Made by a program: the position numbers and the translations under genes. This document shows, piece by piece, positions 43,561 to 52,819 of a stretch of 64,000 nucleotides of DNA. Below the pieces are notes generated by a model. The model had not been told where the DNA came from. It worked only from the letters and a program-made list of their open reading frames with translations, and ran no database searches. Source of the DNA: an uncultured Nitrospiraceae bacterium. Its GTDB lineage: Bacteria; Nitrospirota; Nitrospiria; Nitrospirales; Nitrospiraceae. The stretch's first letter is position 1, and every line of letters begins with the position of its first letter. The stretch covers positions 544,001 to 608,000 of the forward strand of contig CAVPLT010000007.1 of the NCBI GenBank assembly GCA_963706325.1. Reading direction: 5' to 3'.

Positions 43561-44505
43561 ATGGAATCAGTCGGTGAATTTTTTCGGCAGGTGCGTGAGA
43601 CGAAGGGACTGACCGTCGATGAGGTGGCGTCGAAGACCCGCATCCGCACGGACTTCGTCAAGGCGCTTGAAGAGGGAAATTTCGCCAAACTCCCGGACCA
43701 AGTCTTCGCTCGTGGGTTTGTCCGGTCCTACGCCCGTTCTTTGGGGCTGGATGAGGAAGATGCCATTCATCGATTCGTCCAGTCCGCCGGAGCGTTTTAT
43801 GAAAAGCAAGGCGAACGGGAACGATTGAGGCAGCGACAAGTCGAGGAAGACAGACGTCGGAAAGCTAATCGCAAAGCGGTGGGTATTGCCATCGCTGTGG
43901 CCATTGCGACGCTCATTTTCCTGCTGAGCCGCGAGCAGTCTTCAACGCTGGTGCGACGATCCGGCTCAGACGCTCCGACGCCCAGTAAAAAAAGCGCGCC
44001 GTTCGGCAAGGATGCGCGCGAGTCCTCGCCGCGTCAGGGATTGGAGCTTCCCCCTCCCATTGCACCGGGGACTAAGCAAGTTGAAGCAACGCCTGCTCCT
44101 CCTAAGCCCACCCAGGAGAAATTGCAAACGCAGGTATCTCCGCCTTCCGCTGTAGTCGCCAACGCGCCGGTGCAATCTGAAGTTGCTCCCTCTCAGCTTC
44201 CGCCCTCGATGGGATCCGATGGTCCTCTGGCAGGTCTATCGGTGAATGGTCCTATGGGGTCTGACGGTCCGCTGGTACTCGACCTTGATGCGACTGAGTT
44301 GAGCTGGGTCGTGGTTCAAGTCGATGCAGGCAGTCCACAAGAAGCATTGTTGCGTCCGGGTGAAAAAGCGCAATGGAAGGCGCAGGACCAATTTACGGTT
44401 ACCCTCGGCAATGCAGGGGGAGTTCGAGCCGAATTGAATGGCAAACCGCAAAAGCCCTTTGGCCCGAGTGGAAAAGTCGTGCGAGACGTCGTGATCAAGC
44501 GCTGA
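43561..44505 (+). CDS. rodZ: Cytoskeleton protein RodZ (HTH + DUF4115)
   Basis: N-terminal HTH (F.RGFVRSYARSLGL), single TM, SWV...LGNAGGV C-terminal domain. Confidence 0.85.
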   Translation: MESVGEFFRQVRETKGLTVDEVASKTRIRTDFVKALEEGNFAKLPDQVFARGFVRSYARSLGLDEEDAIHRFVQSAGAFYEKQGERERLRQRQVEEDRRRKANRKAVGIAIAVAIATLIFLLSREQSSTLVRRSGSDAPTPSKKSAPFGKDARESSPRQGLELPPPIAPGTKQVEATPAPPKPTQEKLQTQVSPPSAVVANAPVQSEVAPSQLPPSMGSDGPLAGLSVNGPMGSDGPLVLDLDATELSWVVVQVDAGSPQEALLRPGEKAQWKAQDQFTVTLGNAGGVRAELNGKPQKPFGPSGKVVRDVVIKR

Positions 44506-44705
44506 CGTGTTCGGCCCATGGTGTCTTTCTTCATGCTCCTGCCAGTTTTCTCCAACCTTTCCTCGACGGTACTTTCGCTTAACTGAGGCGGGCGTGGTAC
44601 TCTGGGGCGCAAAGGTGTCACGTCATAGCTCCCTTACGTAATTGCCAATCACGATCCGGTCCTGAAACAAACCGAAATTCCGGCAGTTCTTCATTCTAGT
44701 TTGCC

Positions 44706-44721
44706 TGGCACGCCCCTTGAG
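44706..44721 (+). promoter_or_regulatory. Sigma-54-like -24/-12 site upstream of the cytochrome c gene
   Basis: TGGCACGCCCCTTGAG (consensus TGGCACGNNNNTTGC, with C to A at -12). Confidence 0.45.
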
Positions 44722-44772
44722 TATTACGGTGTCAGCAGAGTTAGAGAGCGCGTCGAACGCCAGCCCGTTCCC

Positions 44773-44802
44773 TTGACAAGACAGAAAATGCGTTGCTATA
44801 GT
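44773..44802 (+). promoter_or_regulatory. Sigma-70 promoter (extended -10) of the cytochrome c gene
   Basis: TTGACA-N18-TATAGT with a TG extension. Confidence 0.6.
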
Positions 44803-44904
44803 TCGTCTGTTTTGTCGGCCTTGTAATCGGTTTATTGCCCTGCGAGTGCGTATATAAGAGCGTCATGTTTCACGCGGTGGGTTCAACACAAAGGAGGAGT
44901 AGTG

Positions 44905-45357
44905 ATGGGGTATCTTTCTAAGTTTTTCGGAGTGTGTGCGGCCGTCGCCATGTTGTCTGTGACGGTGGTGGGTGCAGAGGAAAAGGATCCATTAAAGCCC
45001 CGTGTTGCGCCGGATCAGATGGCGGACGCGAAGGCCATGAAGAACCCGGTTGCTTCGTCCCCGGAAAGCATTGCCAAGGGCAAGGCACTGTATGAGGGGA
45101 AGGGCACCTGCTTCAATTGCCACGGTAAGGAAGGTAAGGGCGATGGTCCTGCCGGTGCGATCCTGAATCCGAGCCCACGAAACTTTACCAACTGCAAATT
45201 CCACAAGAAGCGGAAAGACGGCGAGCTTTTCTGGGTGATCAAGAACGGCAGCGCGGGCACGGGTATGGTGTCCTTGGTTCCAGCGGCGATCACAGAAGAG
45301 GAAGCTTGGACCATCATCAATTACGAGCGGAGCTTCTGCAAGGGCGGAGAAGAGTAG
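44905..45357 (+). CDS. Periplasmic monoheme cytochrome c
   Basis: Signal peptide, CFNCH, G.GP.G..L.P.PRNFT, GTGM ligand; AAGGAGG RBS. Confidence 0.92.
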   Translation: MGYLSKFFGVCAAVAMLSVTVVGAEEKDPLKPRVAPDQMADAKAMKNPVASSPESIAKGKALYEGKGTCFNCHGKEGKGDGPAGAILNPSPRNFTNCKFHKKRKDGELFWVIKNGSAGTGMVSLVPAAITEEEAWTIINYERSFCKGGEE

Positions 45358-45390
45358 TCGTTTCTTTTAGCGATCTGGCTGAACGGGTAG

Positions 45391-45420
45391 GGGCGGCGAG
45401 GGTATCCTCGCCGCCCTTTT
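45391..45420 (+). terminator. Rho-independent terminator
   Basis: GGGCGGCGAGG-GTAT-CCTCGCCGCCC-TTTT. Confidence 0.85.
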
Positions 45421-45544
45421 CATGTGTACGGTGTGCTGCAACAAGATCGATTCGACCAGGCTAAAGAGCCGAGAGCAGATATCGCCTGTCATAGGCATTG
45501 TTCCTGCGGAACACGCCTCATAGGCGGCGTAAGACCGTCTCAAG

Positions 45545-47419
45545 TCATGGGTGTTGGGCTGCGGAGATAGCAGGTGGTCTGGTGAGAATCAATTCCAGCC
45601 TCTTATCCGTGCTGCGCGGTACCGGTAAGACTTGTGGTTGCTGTTCTTGTTTGAAATCGCTTCTGGCCACCACTGGTACCTTGCGATTGACATAGGCCGT
45701 CATCTCCCCGATTGTCACTTCACCGTTCCGGTCAAGGTCTGCCTCCCCCCGGAGCGCACGGAGAAAATAGTACGTAAACAGTCCATGCCGCAACCTGTCC
45801 GATTCCAAGCTCTTGCCGAATCCCGTCGTGGCAATGAAGTGAAGGACGGACTCATTCGTAGCCGCCCATTTGGGTAACGAAACTTTCCCCCGTCCGGCTA
45901 CTCCGTTTTTGAGCACCGTGCCATCAAAGACGAACAAGACCTGTTTGGCCTTGAGTCTTCCCAGGGCAGTCTCCAAGTCTTTGAGCGGATAGAGGCGCAT
46001 GGTGGCGTCTGTGGCACCGTCATACGGAATTAAATAGGTGTCTCCGGCCGATGACACGACCGCCTGTCCGGCAAAGTAGACCGTGACTACTGACTCCGTT
46101 GTGATTTTTGACGGCAGCCAATCGAGCAGGGCTTCTTCAATGTCGGGACGTAGCGCGCTCCAGTCTTGCAAAAGCCGCACGTTGTTTTTCGGCAACCCAC
46201 CTAACGATTGAAAATAGGTGGCGACCATTTCCGCGTCAAGCGCCGCATATTTTCGCGCGGCGATCTGCGGGTCCCGATAGCTGCTTAGCCCGATGGAGAG
46301 CAGATAGTCGCTTGATCGTTGGAACCCTGCGGTCATTGCGGGGATCTGATCGACGTCATCGCTCTTTACACCAGCGGAGAGTACGGAGGCGAGCAACGTT
46401 TGCGGGGCTGGGACGTCGAGGCCGGTTCCACTGATGAGCGCCACTTGAAATTCTGCTTGCTGCGGATAAAGTGACGACGGCAGCGTGGCGATAAACTCCA
46501 GTGATTTCGAGCCGCCTGCTTCAATGGTGCCGGCAGACAATTTCGTGGCTGGGAATTGGGTGATAAGAGTTGGAGGACCAGCCAGTTGCACGGCAACGTC
46601 GGGCACAGCCTGAGGTCCGGTGTTGACGACGTCCACGCGCACGCGGATGCGTTCGCCCCCCTCGAGAATCAAATTGCTATTTTCATCTAGGAGGGTGGCC
46701 TTAAAGGATAAAGAGGGCATCGCGGCGGTCGAACTTGCAGAGACCGAACCGTTGGGTTTTGGGGCCATTGCCGCGGGCGTGACCTCCGCCGGGGCAGTCG
46801 CTGCCCCGGTCGCAGCTTGGTTGGTAGGATCGAGGAGAAGGCGGGCCTCGTGCATGAATTGAGTGGCCAACATGGTAGAGGTATCCTGGAGAATGGGATC
46901 CACGACGTAGTTACAACGTTGCTGGGTCAGTTCGAGTTGCAACCGTTCTTTTCGCGTCGCCTGCAGCGGTCGTTCAGCCAGCAGCTTGCCGGTCACATCA
47001 TAAAATTCAGCGATGACATCTAAACTCAGTTCGGCGGGCATACGATCGTACAGCCCATCGGCTTGAATCTTCAGCCGAGGGTCCAGCATGCGGACACGCA
47101 CCGTCACGTCTGGTTTTCCTGCGGTGGTATTGCCGCCAGCAATGAGTACGGTACGAAAGGTTTGATGGGCGGCTTGCACCAGCAGATCTTCAACCGTCGG
47201 GCCGATAGAGAACATCTGAATACGACTGCAACCGTCGGTGTATTGGGTCTTGGCCTCAGACAACGACGGGTCCACGTCCATTCGGACGGTGAGCGCAATC
47301 GGTGCTCCGAGGTCCGGTAGTGTCTGTCTGGCAAAGCGTGACTTGATGGTTTCACAGGCGGTGAATGCCAGTGTCTGTGCCACAAGCAGTCCAAGGATCA
47401 ATAGACGGGCATTCGTCAA
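45545..47419 (-). CDS. Lipoprotein with Ig-like/CARDB and degenerate caspase-like (peptidase C14) domains
   Basis: AGGAAAGGAG RBS + TTG 47419; FTAC lipobox; SIGLSSY, YA..DA, VYFAGQA, FVFDGT, HGLFTYY..AL.G.ADLDRNGEVT. Confidence 0.75.
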   Translation of the reverse strand: MTNARLLILGLLVAQTLAFTACETIKSRFARQTLPDLGAPIALTVRMDVDPSLSEAKTQYTDGCSRIQMFSIGPTVEDLLVQAAHQTFRTVLIAGGNTTAGKPDVTVRVRMLDPRLKIQADGLYDRMPAELSLDVIAEFYDVTGKLLAERPLQATRKERLQLELTQQRCNYVVDPILQDTSTMLATQFMHEARLLLDPTNQAATGAATAPAEVTPAAMAPKPNGSVSASSTAAMPSLSFKATLLDENSNLILEGGERIRVRVDVVNTGPQAVPDVAVQLAGPPTLITQFPATKLSAGTIEAGGSKSLEFIATLPSSLYPQQAEFQVALISGTGLDVPAPQTLLASVLSAGVKSDDVDQIPAMTAGFQRSSDYLLSIGLSSYRDPQIAARKYAALDAEMVATYFQSLGGLPKNNVRLLQDWSALRPDIEEALLDWLPSKITTESVVTVYFAGQAVVSSAGDTYLIPYDGATDATMRLYPLKDLETALGRLKAKQVLFVFDGTVLKNGVAGRGKVSLPKWAATNESVLHFIATTGFGKSLESDRLRHGLFTYYFLRALRGEADLDRNGEVTIGEMTAYVNRKVPVVARSDFKQEQQPQVLPVPRSTDKRLELILTRPPAISAAQHP

Positions 47420-47592
47420 GCAGAGGTCTCCTTTCCTGGCGAGTTCGAAGGGGGAACGGTACAGGAAAAGGAGAGGGCATTGCAACCAAACGCCTCTGCG
47501 CTTGCGACCCTCGGGAGGCTCGTTTATCCTACCCCGCATATGCCGAGGAATGAACCCATCAATAAACCAATAGCGGGGAGAGTCGCCCCATC

Positions 47593-49326
47593 GTGTTAGT
47601 GCTGGGACTCTCCAACATGCGGGATGCGGCGGCCGCGCTCGTTTCCGATGGTCGCATTGTAGCGGCGGCGGAAGAAGAACGATTCGTTCGGCAAAAGCAT
47701 GTGACCGCGCTGCCGGTCCACGCGATTCGGTATTGCCTGCGCGAAGCTGGTGTGAGTCTTCGCGAGGTCGACGCGCTTGCGGTGCCGTGGAAGTACTGGC
47801 TGGTCGGGCGGCGCGCCCGGCTTGCCGTCACGGCGATGCTGCGTTCCCCGCAACTATTTCGGGTGAAGGGGGCGCGATCGTTGGAGCGGGTCAGCCGGGA
47901 GTGGACGGAGTTGTTCCGCCTCAGCCGAGAGTTGACCCAACGGGTGGGGGCGGTCGGTCATCGGCCGGTGTTTCTCGACCACCATCTATGCCACGCGGCC
48001 AGTTCGTTTTTGGTGTCACCCTTCGAACGGTCGGCCATCCTTGTCGTGGACGGTGCCTCAGAAGCGGACACCACCCTGATGGCGATGGGCGAAGGCTCAG
48101 AGATCACCGTACTGAACCGCACCCCGCTCCCGCACTCACTTGGCCAGTTCTATGCGGCCATGACGGCTTTCCTTGGATTTCGCCCCGATCACGATGAATA
48201 TATTGTGATGGGCTTAGCGGCTTCAGGTGAGCCGACCTTTGCACAGGTCTTTCGTCGAGAAATTGTGCGCCTGTTGCCTCTCGGGCGGTTCGAGTTGAAT
48301 ACCCGCCTGCTGGATTTCCATCTCGCGCGCGCCGGGCTCTTTGTGAAGGAATTCATTCACCTGTTCGGCGCTCCGCGGCAGCCATCGGATGAACTGACCC
48401 AGCGACATCGTGACCTAGCGGCCAGCGCTCAACTGGTTCTGGAGGAAGTCTTGCTGCATCTCGGCCGGCACCTTCGAACCCTGACAGGGGCAGAGTCTCT
48501 CTGCCTGGCGGGGGGGGTGGCCTACAATTGTGTGGCGAATGGTCGCCTGCGTGCCGAACTCGGATTCAAACGGGTGTATGTGCCGCCGGCTGCGGGGGAC
48601 TCCGGTGCGGCACTCGGGGCGGCTGTGTGGTGGTCGGCTAGGCGAGGAGGCACAAACAACCGACCGCAAATGCCCTCCGCTTATTGGGGACCTCAATTCG
48701 AGGAGGACGCGTGTCGCGCGGCATTGGAGCGGGAGCGGTTGGCGGCCGAACCGCTATCGGATGAGCAGCTGTATGAGCGGGTCGCGACGGAACTGGCGCG
48801 GGGGCGTTTAGTGTTTTGGTTTCAAGGGCGAATGGAATGGGGGCCGCGCGCATTGGGAAACCGTAGCCTGCTAGCGGATCCGCGCCGGGAAGATATGCGA
48901 GAATTGATCAATAGCAAAGTGAAATGCCGCGAACCCTTTCGACCCTTTGCGCCATCGGTACTGGACGAGCGCGCCCAGGAGTTTTTCGATCTGCCGGCCG
49001 CTTCCCCCTTTATGCAGTTTACGGTGCGGGTCAAGGCGTCCGCGAAAGGGATCATCCCCGCCGTGACACATGTGGATGGGACGGCGCGCGTCCAGACGGT
49101 GGCGCGAGAGGCCAATCCCCGATTCTATGATCTTCTCGCGACATTCGGCCGACTCACCGGCGTGCCGGTGCTTCTCAACACCTCGTTCAATGTACAGGAA
49201 CCGATCGTCTGCAGCCCTGAGGATGCCGTCCGCTGCTTTTTGCGCACCCAAGTCGAGTGGTTGGTCCTTGGCAACCTGCTCGTGAAACAACCGTCCCCTA
49301 AGATTCTCCCCGTCCATGAGCGCTGA
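47593..49326 (+). CDS. Carbamoyltransferase (NodU/CmcH/TobZ family)
   Basis: AAEEERF, DHHLCHAAS, SLGQFY, AGGVAYNC..NG, PAAGDSG, EWGPRALGNRS, FRPFAP, NTSFN. Confidence 0.93.
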   Translation: MLVLGLSNMRDAAAALVSDGRIVAAAEEERFVRQKHVTALPVHAIRYCLREAGVSLREVDALAVPWKYWLVGRRARLAVTAMLRSPQLFRVKGARSLERVSREWTELFRLSRELTQRVGAVGHRPVFLDHHLCHAASSFLVSPFERSAILVVDGASEADTTLMAMGEGSEITVLNRTPLPHSLGQFYAAMTAFLGFRPDHDEYIVMGLAASGEPTFAQVFRREIVRLLPLGRFELNTRLLDFHLARAGLFVKEFIHLFGAPRQPSDELTQRHRDLAASAQLVLEEVLLHLGRHLRTLTGAESLCLAGGVAYNCVANGRLRAELGFKRVYVPPAAGDSGAALGAAVWWSARRGGTNNRPQMPSAYWGPQFEEDACRAALERERLAAEPLSDEQLYERVATELARGRLVFWFQGRMEWGPRALGNRSLLADPRREDMRELINSKVKCREPFRPFAPSVLDERAQEFFDLPAASPFMQFTVRVKASAKGIIPAVTHVDGTARVQTVAREANPRFYDLLATFGRLTGVPVLLNTSFNVQEPIVCSPEDAVRCFLRTQVEWLVLGNLLVKQPSPKILPVHER

Positions 49327-50860
49327 AGGCGTTTGGTCGTTAGTCCTTCGTGCTCGCAACCTGCTGCGCGTCATACTGAATCTGCTCCTGCTCGGTCTCG
49401 TGCTGAATCTGACGCTCCAACCGCTCGTGGAACCGGATTTGGGATGGCATCTTCGCGCGGGGCTCGACTTAGTAGCCCACGGATGGGTCCTGCCGGACAC
49501 CGATCCCTATTCCCATACGATGCCGGACTGGCGTTGGGTCGAGCATGCTTGGTTGACCGATGCGGTGATAGCACTGCTCTATCGTGGGTTGGAGCCTTTC
49601 GGTGCGTTGGGGCTGATTGTGTTGTTTGGGGTCGTGACGGCTCTGGCTTGGTGGCTAGCGACAGGACAAGCTGAAGTCTCGTGGACCTGTCGATTGGGCG
49701 CTATGGTGGCCAGCCTCTGGGTGGCGTTACCCTTTCTCGGCGCTCGCACCCAACTGATCAGTCTCCTTGGTGTGGCAGTGCTTTTGCGGGTATGGAGTCA
49801 GATTCAGCAAGGCCGTCGGCAGTGGATGTGGGTGCTTCCGCCGTTCTTCTTGCTCTGGGCTAACCTGCATGGAGGCTTTACGGCGGGGCTTTTTCTTTTG
49901 GGGCTCCTGCTCTGCGGCGCTCTCTTGCTGCGGATCAGCCTCGCACTTTCGCCCACACTTGTGGCGAGGATAGATGAGCCTGTCTTAAGTTGGGAAGATC
50001 TCGTTCGGTGCACCCTGGTGGTTGGAATCGCGGCGGCGGCTACCTGTCTCAATCCCTATGGATGGCGGCTGTATGTCGAGATTTATGAGTCCCTGACCGA
50101 CCGCTTCATGCTCGAGACGTTGCGAGAATGGCAACCAGTGTCCTTTCAAGGCTGGGCCGGCCGGGCCTATGGCTTTTATCTCGTAGGGCTCGCCTGTCTC
50201 GTCGTGGGATGGTATCGACGGGTGGAGCCGGTCCGCTGGGCCATGCTTGTGATTGTGTTGGCGCTGTCGTTTCTATATTGGCGCAATGTGACGTTATTTC
50301 TCATCGTGAGTGTATCGCTGCTGGCGGAGTTGCTCGCATTGGTGGTGGCATCATGCCTCCGATGGGCGCCTCTATTAAGAACCTACGCCAGGATAAGCCT
50401 GCTTGCCCTGATTATTCTCGCGGCGAGCGAACTTTTTCTCTGGGGGCCGGAACATGTGATGAATGTCTGGCAATCAGGTACAGCACCCGAGAAGTATTTC
50501 GAGCAGACTGATTATCCGATCGAGGCCGTGCGATGGATCCGCACTCATCGCGACGAAGTGGGTGCCAGGCTCTATCACGACTATGGCCACGGCGGCTTTC
50601 TTCTCTGGCACCTCCCCGACGTGAAAATTTTCATCGACGGCCGTATGCCGGCTTGGCGGATCAACGATCGCCGTATCTTTCAAGATTACATCGATTTGAA
50701 TCGCGCGGGTTCGCCCGACTTGTCCGTGCTGGATCGCTATGGAGTCGATTGGGCGTTGGTCCCACGCGGGAGCGTGCTGGCTCTGATCCTGGGGTCTCAT
50801 CCCGGCTGGAAAAGCATATATGGCGACGCCAAAGTGGTGATTGTGCGTCGATCGGTGTAG
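49316..50860 (+). CDS. Polytopic membrane protein, probable GT-C superfamily glycosyltransferase
   Basis: EPDLGWHL..G...P.TDPYS...W..H.WL loop after TM1, WANLHGGF, LNPYG, EW, FIDGR; about 11 TM segments. Confidence 0.7.
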   Translation: MSAEGVWSLVLRARNLLRVILNLLLLGLVLNLTLQPLVEPDLGWHLRAGLDLVAHGWVLPDTDPYSHTMPDWRWVEHAWLTDAVIALLYRGLEPFGALGLIVLFGVVTALAWWLATGQAEVSWTCRLGAMVASLWVALPFLGARTQLISLLGVAVLLRVWSQIQQGRRQWMWVLPPFFLLWANLHGGFTAGLFLLGLLLCGALLLRISLALSPTLVARIDEPVLSWEDLVRCTLVVGIAAAATCLNPYGWRLYVEIYESLTDRFMLETLREWQPVSFQGWAGRAYGFYLVGLACLVVGWYRRVEPVRWAMLVIVLALSFLYWRNVTLFLIVSVSLLAELLALVVASCLRWAPLLRTYARISLLALIILAASELFLWGPEHVMNVWQSGTAPEKYFEQTDYPIEAVRWIRTHRDEVGARLYHDYGHGGFLLWHLPDVKIFIDGRMPAWRINDRRIFQDYIDLNRAGSPDLSVLDRYGVDWALVPRGSVLALILGSHPGWKSIYGDAKVVIVRRSV

Positions 50861-50878
50861 TCGAGGCGGTCGGGGCCG

Positions 50879-51691
50879 CTAGAAGTGGGAAGGTTCGGAG
50901 CGGAGCGCAGGCTCGACGCTGCTGAGCATTGGCCGAGCGCGGGGCATATATCGCCCTTGGGCATCGCGTTTACGGATGGCCATCAGCTCGCGAAGCATGA
51001 GGAATCCGTCGCGCCAGGGGCGGACTTTCGATCCTGGCTGATCGGCCCAATTCACAGGAACTTCAGCGATGCGAAAGCCGCGTTGGCGAGCAATATAGAG
51101 GAGCTCGAGATCGAACGCGTAGCCGTCGACGCAGGCGACAGAAAACAGATCCTGCGCGACAGACCGGCGGAATAACTTGAACCCGCACTGGGTGTCCGCG
51201 ATGTGTCGAAGGCCGAAACGCTGAACGACGGCGTTAAAGAGGCTTCCCATCATGCTTCGATGCCACCGCGCCTGGACCGTATAGTTGGGATCGTGAGAGG
51301 CCAGCGCCCGGGATCCGATGGCGAGGTCTGCTCCGGCAGCGAGTGCGGACTCTAAGTGCGAGAGTTCCTCGATCGGCGTCGCTCCATCCGCATCCGCAAA
51401 TAACTGCATGGCGCCTCGTGCTGCCTGCATCCCGCGACGGACCGCGGCTCCTTTGCCTCTGTTGCTCGTCGATTGAATGAGCCGCACCGCGGGAGATTGT
51501 TGCGCCAGGAGTTCGACGGTCTGTGCGGTGTGGTCCTGACTGCCATCGTCTACCACGAGGATTTCATATGATAGACGACGCTGGCCCAGGTACGTCACTG
51601 TGCGCTGCAAGAAAGGGGGGAGGCGACGAGCCTCATTGTAGGCTGGAACGACAATCGAAAGAGTGGGCGCCTGAGTCGAGCACGGTGTCAC
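50879..51691 (-). CDS. GT2 dolichyl/undecaprenyl-phosphate glycosyltransferase (ALG5/DPG synthase-like)
   Basis: SIVVPAYNE..RL, VVDDGS, NRGKG.AVR.G, FADADG, DTQCGFKLF, FDLELL; start uncertain. Confidence 0.88.
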   Translation of the reverse strand: MTPCSTQAPTLSIVVPAYNEARRLPPFLQRTVTYLGQRRLSYEILVVDDGSQDHTAQTVELLAQQSPAVRLIQSTSNRGKGAAVRRGMQAARGAMQLFADADGATPIEELSHLESALAAGADLAIGSRALASHDPNYTVQARWHRSMMGSLFNAVVQRFGLRHIADTQCGFKLFRRSVAQDLFSVACVDGYAFDLELLYIARQRGFRIAEVPVNWADQPGSKVRPWRDGFLMLRELMAIRKRDAQGRYMPRARPMLSSVEPALRSEPSHF

Positions 51692-51883
51692 GTTGAGACA
51701 GCCTCGTGTCGGGTATGCTGCGACCGATCCGTCGTGCCGCTGACGAATGGTGCACAAAGGTATCCAAGCCGCGGTCCAATTGCAAGCGTAAGGTGTCGGG
51801 CCTTGACAGACCCGACATGTGGCGGCGATCGTAATGTGAGCCCTTCAATGTTCAGGCTCTGGCTTTCAATGGTGGGTTGTCAT

Positions 51884-52657
51884 ATGAGGATGATCCGAGC
51901 AGAGTCAGGGCTCTTCGTCGGGGTGCTGCTGCTTCTGGTGGGATGCGCGGCGACCACTCCTCCCAGCCGCTTGAGTCAGTATGTACCCCCTGCGGCATCA
52001 GTGAATACGGTTGACCAGGGTCTTCCAGTCCCACGCCCGGTTCGCGCGGCGCTGGTTGTCCTTAATGACCCGTCGGCTCCCGATGCTGCGCCGGGAATTC
52101 CTGCGCAAGCACAGGATCGACTGGCGGAGACGCTTGGCGAGAGAATCAACCAAGGATTTCCGCTTCACATCGAACGTGTGGCGAATCTGGGCGAAATACC
52201 GGAAGGGACCGCTCCCAACTGGACCGAGGTCGCCAGGCAGCAGGGGGTGGAATATTTGGTCATCGTCGTTCTCTCGAGTACCGAGCAGGAATATCCCGTG
52301 TCGTTGTTTCTGGGGTGGACGACTCACATGCAGCCGGGGTTCCGCCGCGATAACTGGTCTCTGGCCGAGGCGGCGCTGGTCGACGGGCGGACGGGCAACC
52401 TGCTACTCCATGCTGAAGGGCGAGCCATGGCGACGTTGGACAGTCCGACAGCTCCGGGAATCAATCAATGGTACCCGGTGATTTATTTCCGGCCACAGGA
52501 TCCTGAGCGACGCATCTGGCCACCGACATATGAAGGAGCGCCTGTCACGCTGCGCGTCGTGTCGATGGAGCAGGCGACTAAGCGACTGGCCGGGAATCTG
52601 CAACGGGCATGGGTCGACCAGCGGGATCTTGAATTAGCCGCCATCACAACACATTGA
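51884..52657 (+). CDS. Hypothetical lipoprotein (resembles rhombotarget-type lipoproteins)
   Basis: LLVGC lipobox; QPG...AEAALVD.RTG.LL..AEG alpha/beta segment; start uncertain. Confidence 0.65.
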   Translation: MRMIRAESGLFVGVLLLLVGCAATTPPSRLSQYVPPAASVNTVDQGLPVPRPVRAALVVLNDPSAPDAAPGIPAQAQDRLAETLGERINQGFPLHIERVANLGEIPEGTAPNWTEVARQQGVEYLVIVVLSSTEQEYPVSLFLGWTTHMQPGFRRDNWSLAEAALVDGRTGNLLLHAEGRAMATLDSPTAPGINQWYPVIYFRPQDPERRIWPPTYEGAPVTLRVVSMEQATKRLAGNLQRAWVDQRDLELAAITTH

Positions 52658-52819
52658 TATGATGTTTCACCGTTGACCGACGCAGGGGCGGTGGCCAGGT
52701 GAGGGTACATCGTTCCTGTTTTTCCTCTTTGAAGGCGATTCTCCGAATAGTGTAGAATGACACGTTCATCGTCGACTAGAATTCAATTCCTTCATTTACA
52801 GGCTTCCGGAGGAGTACAC

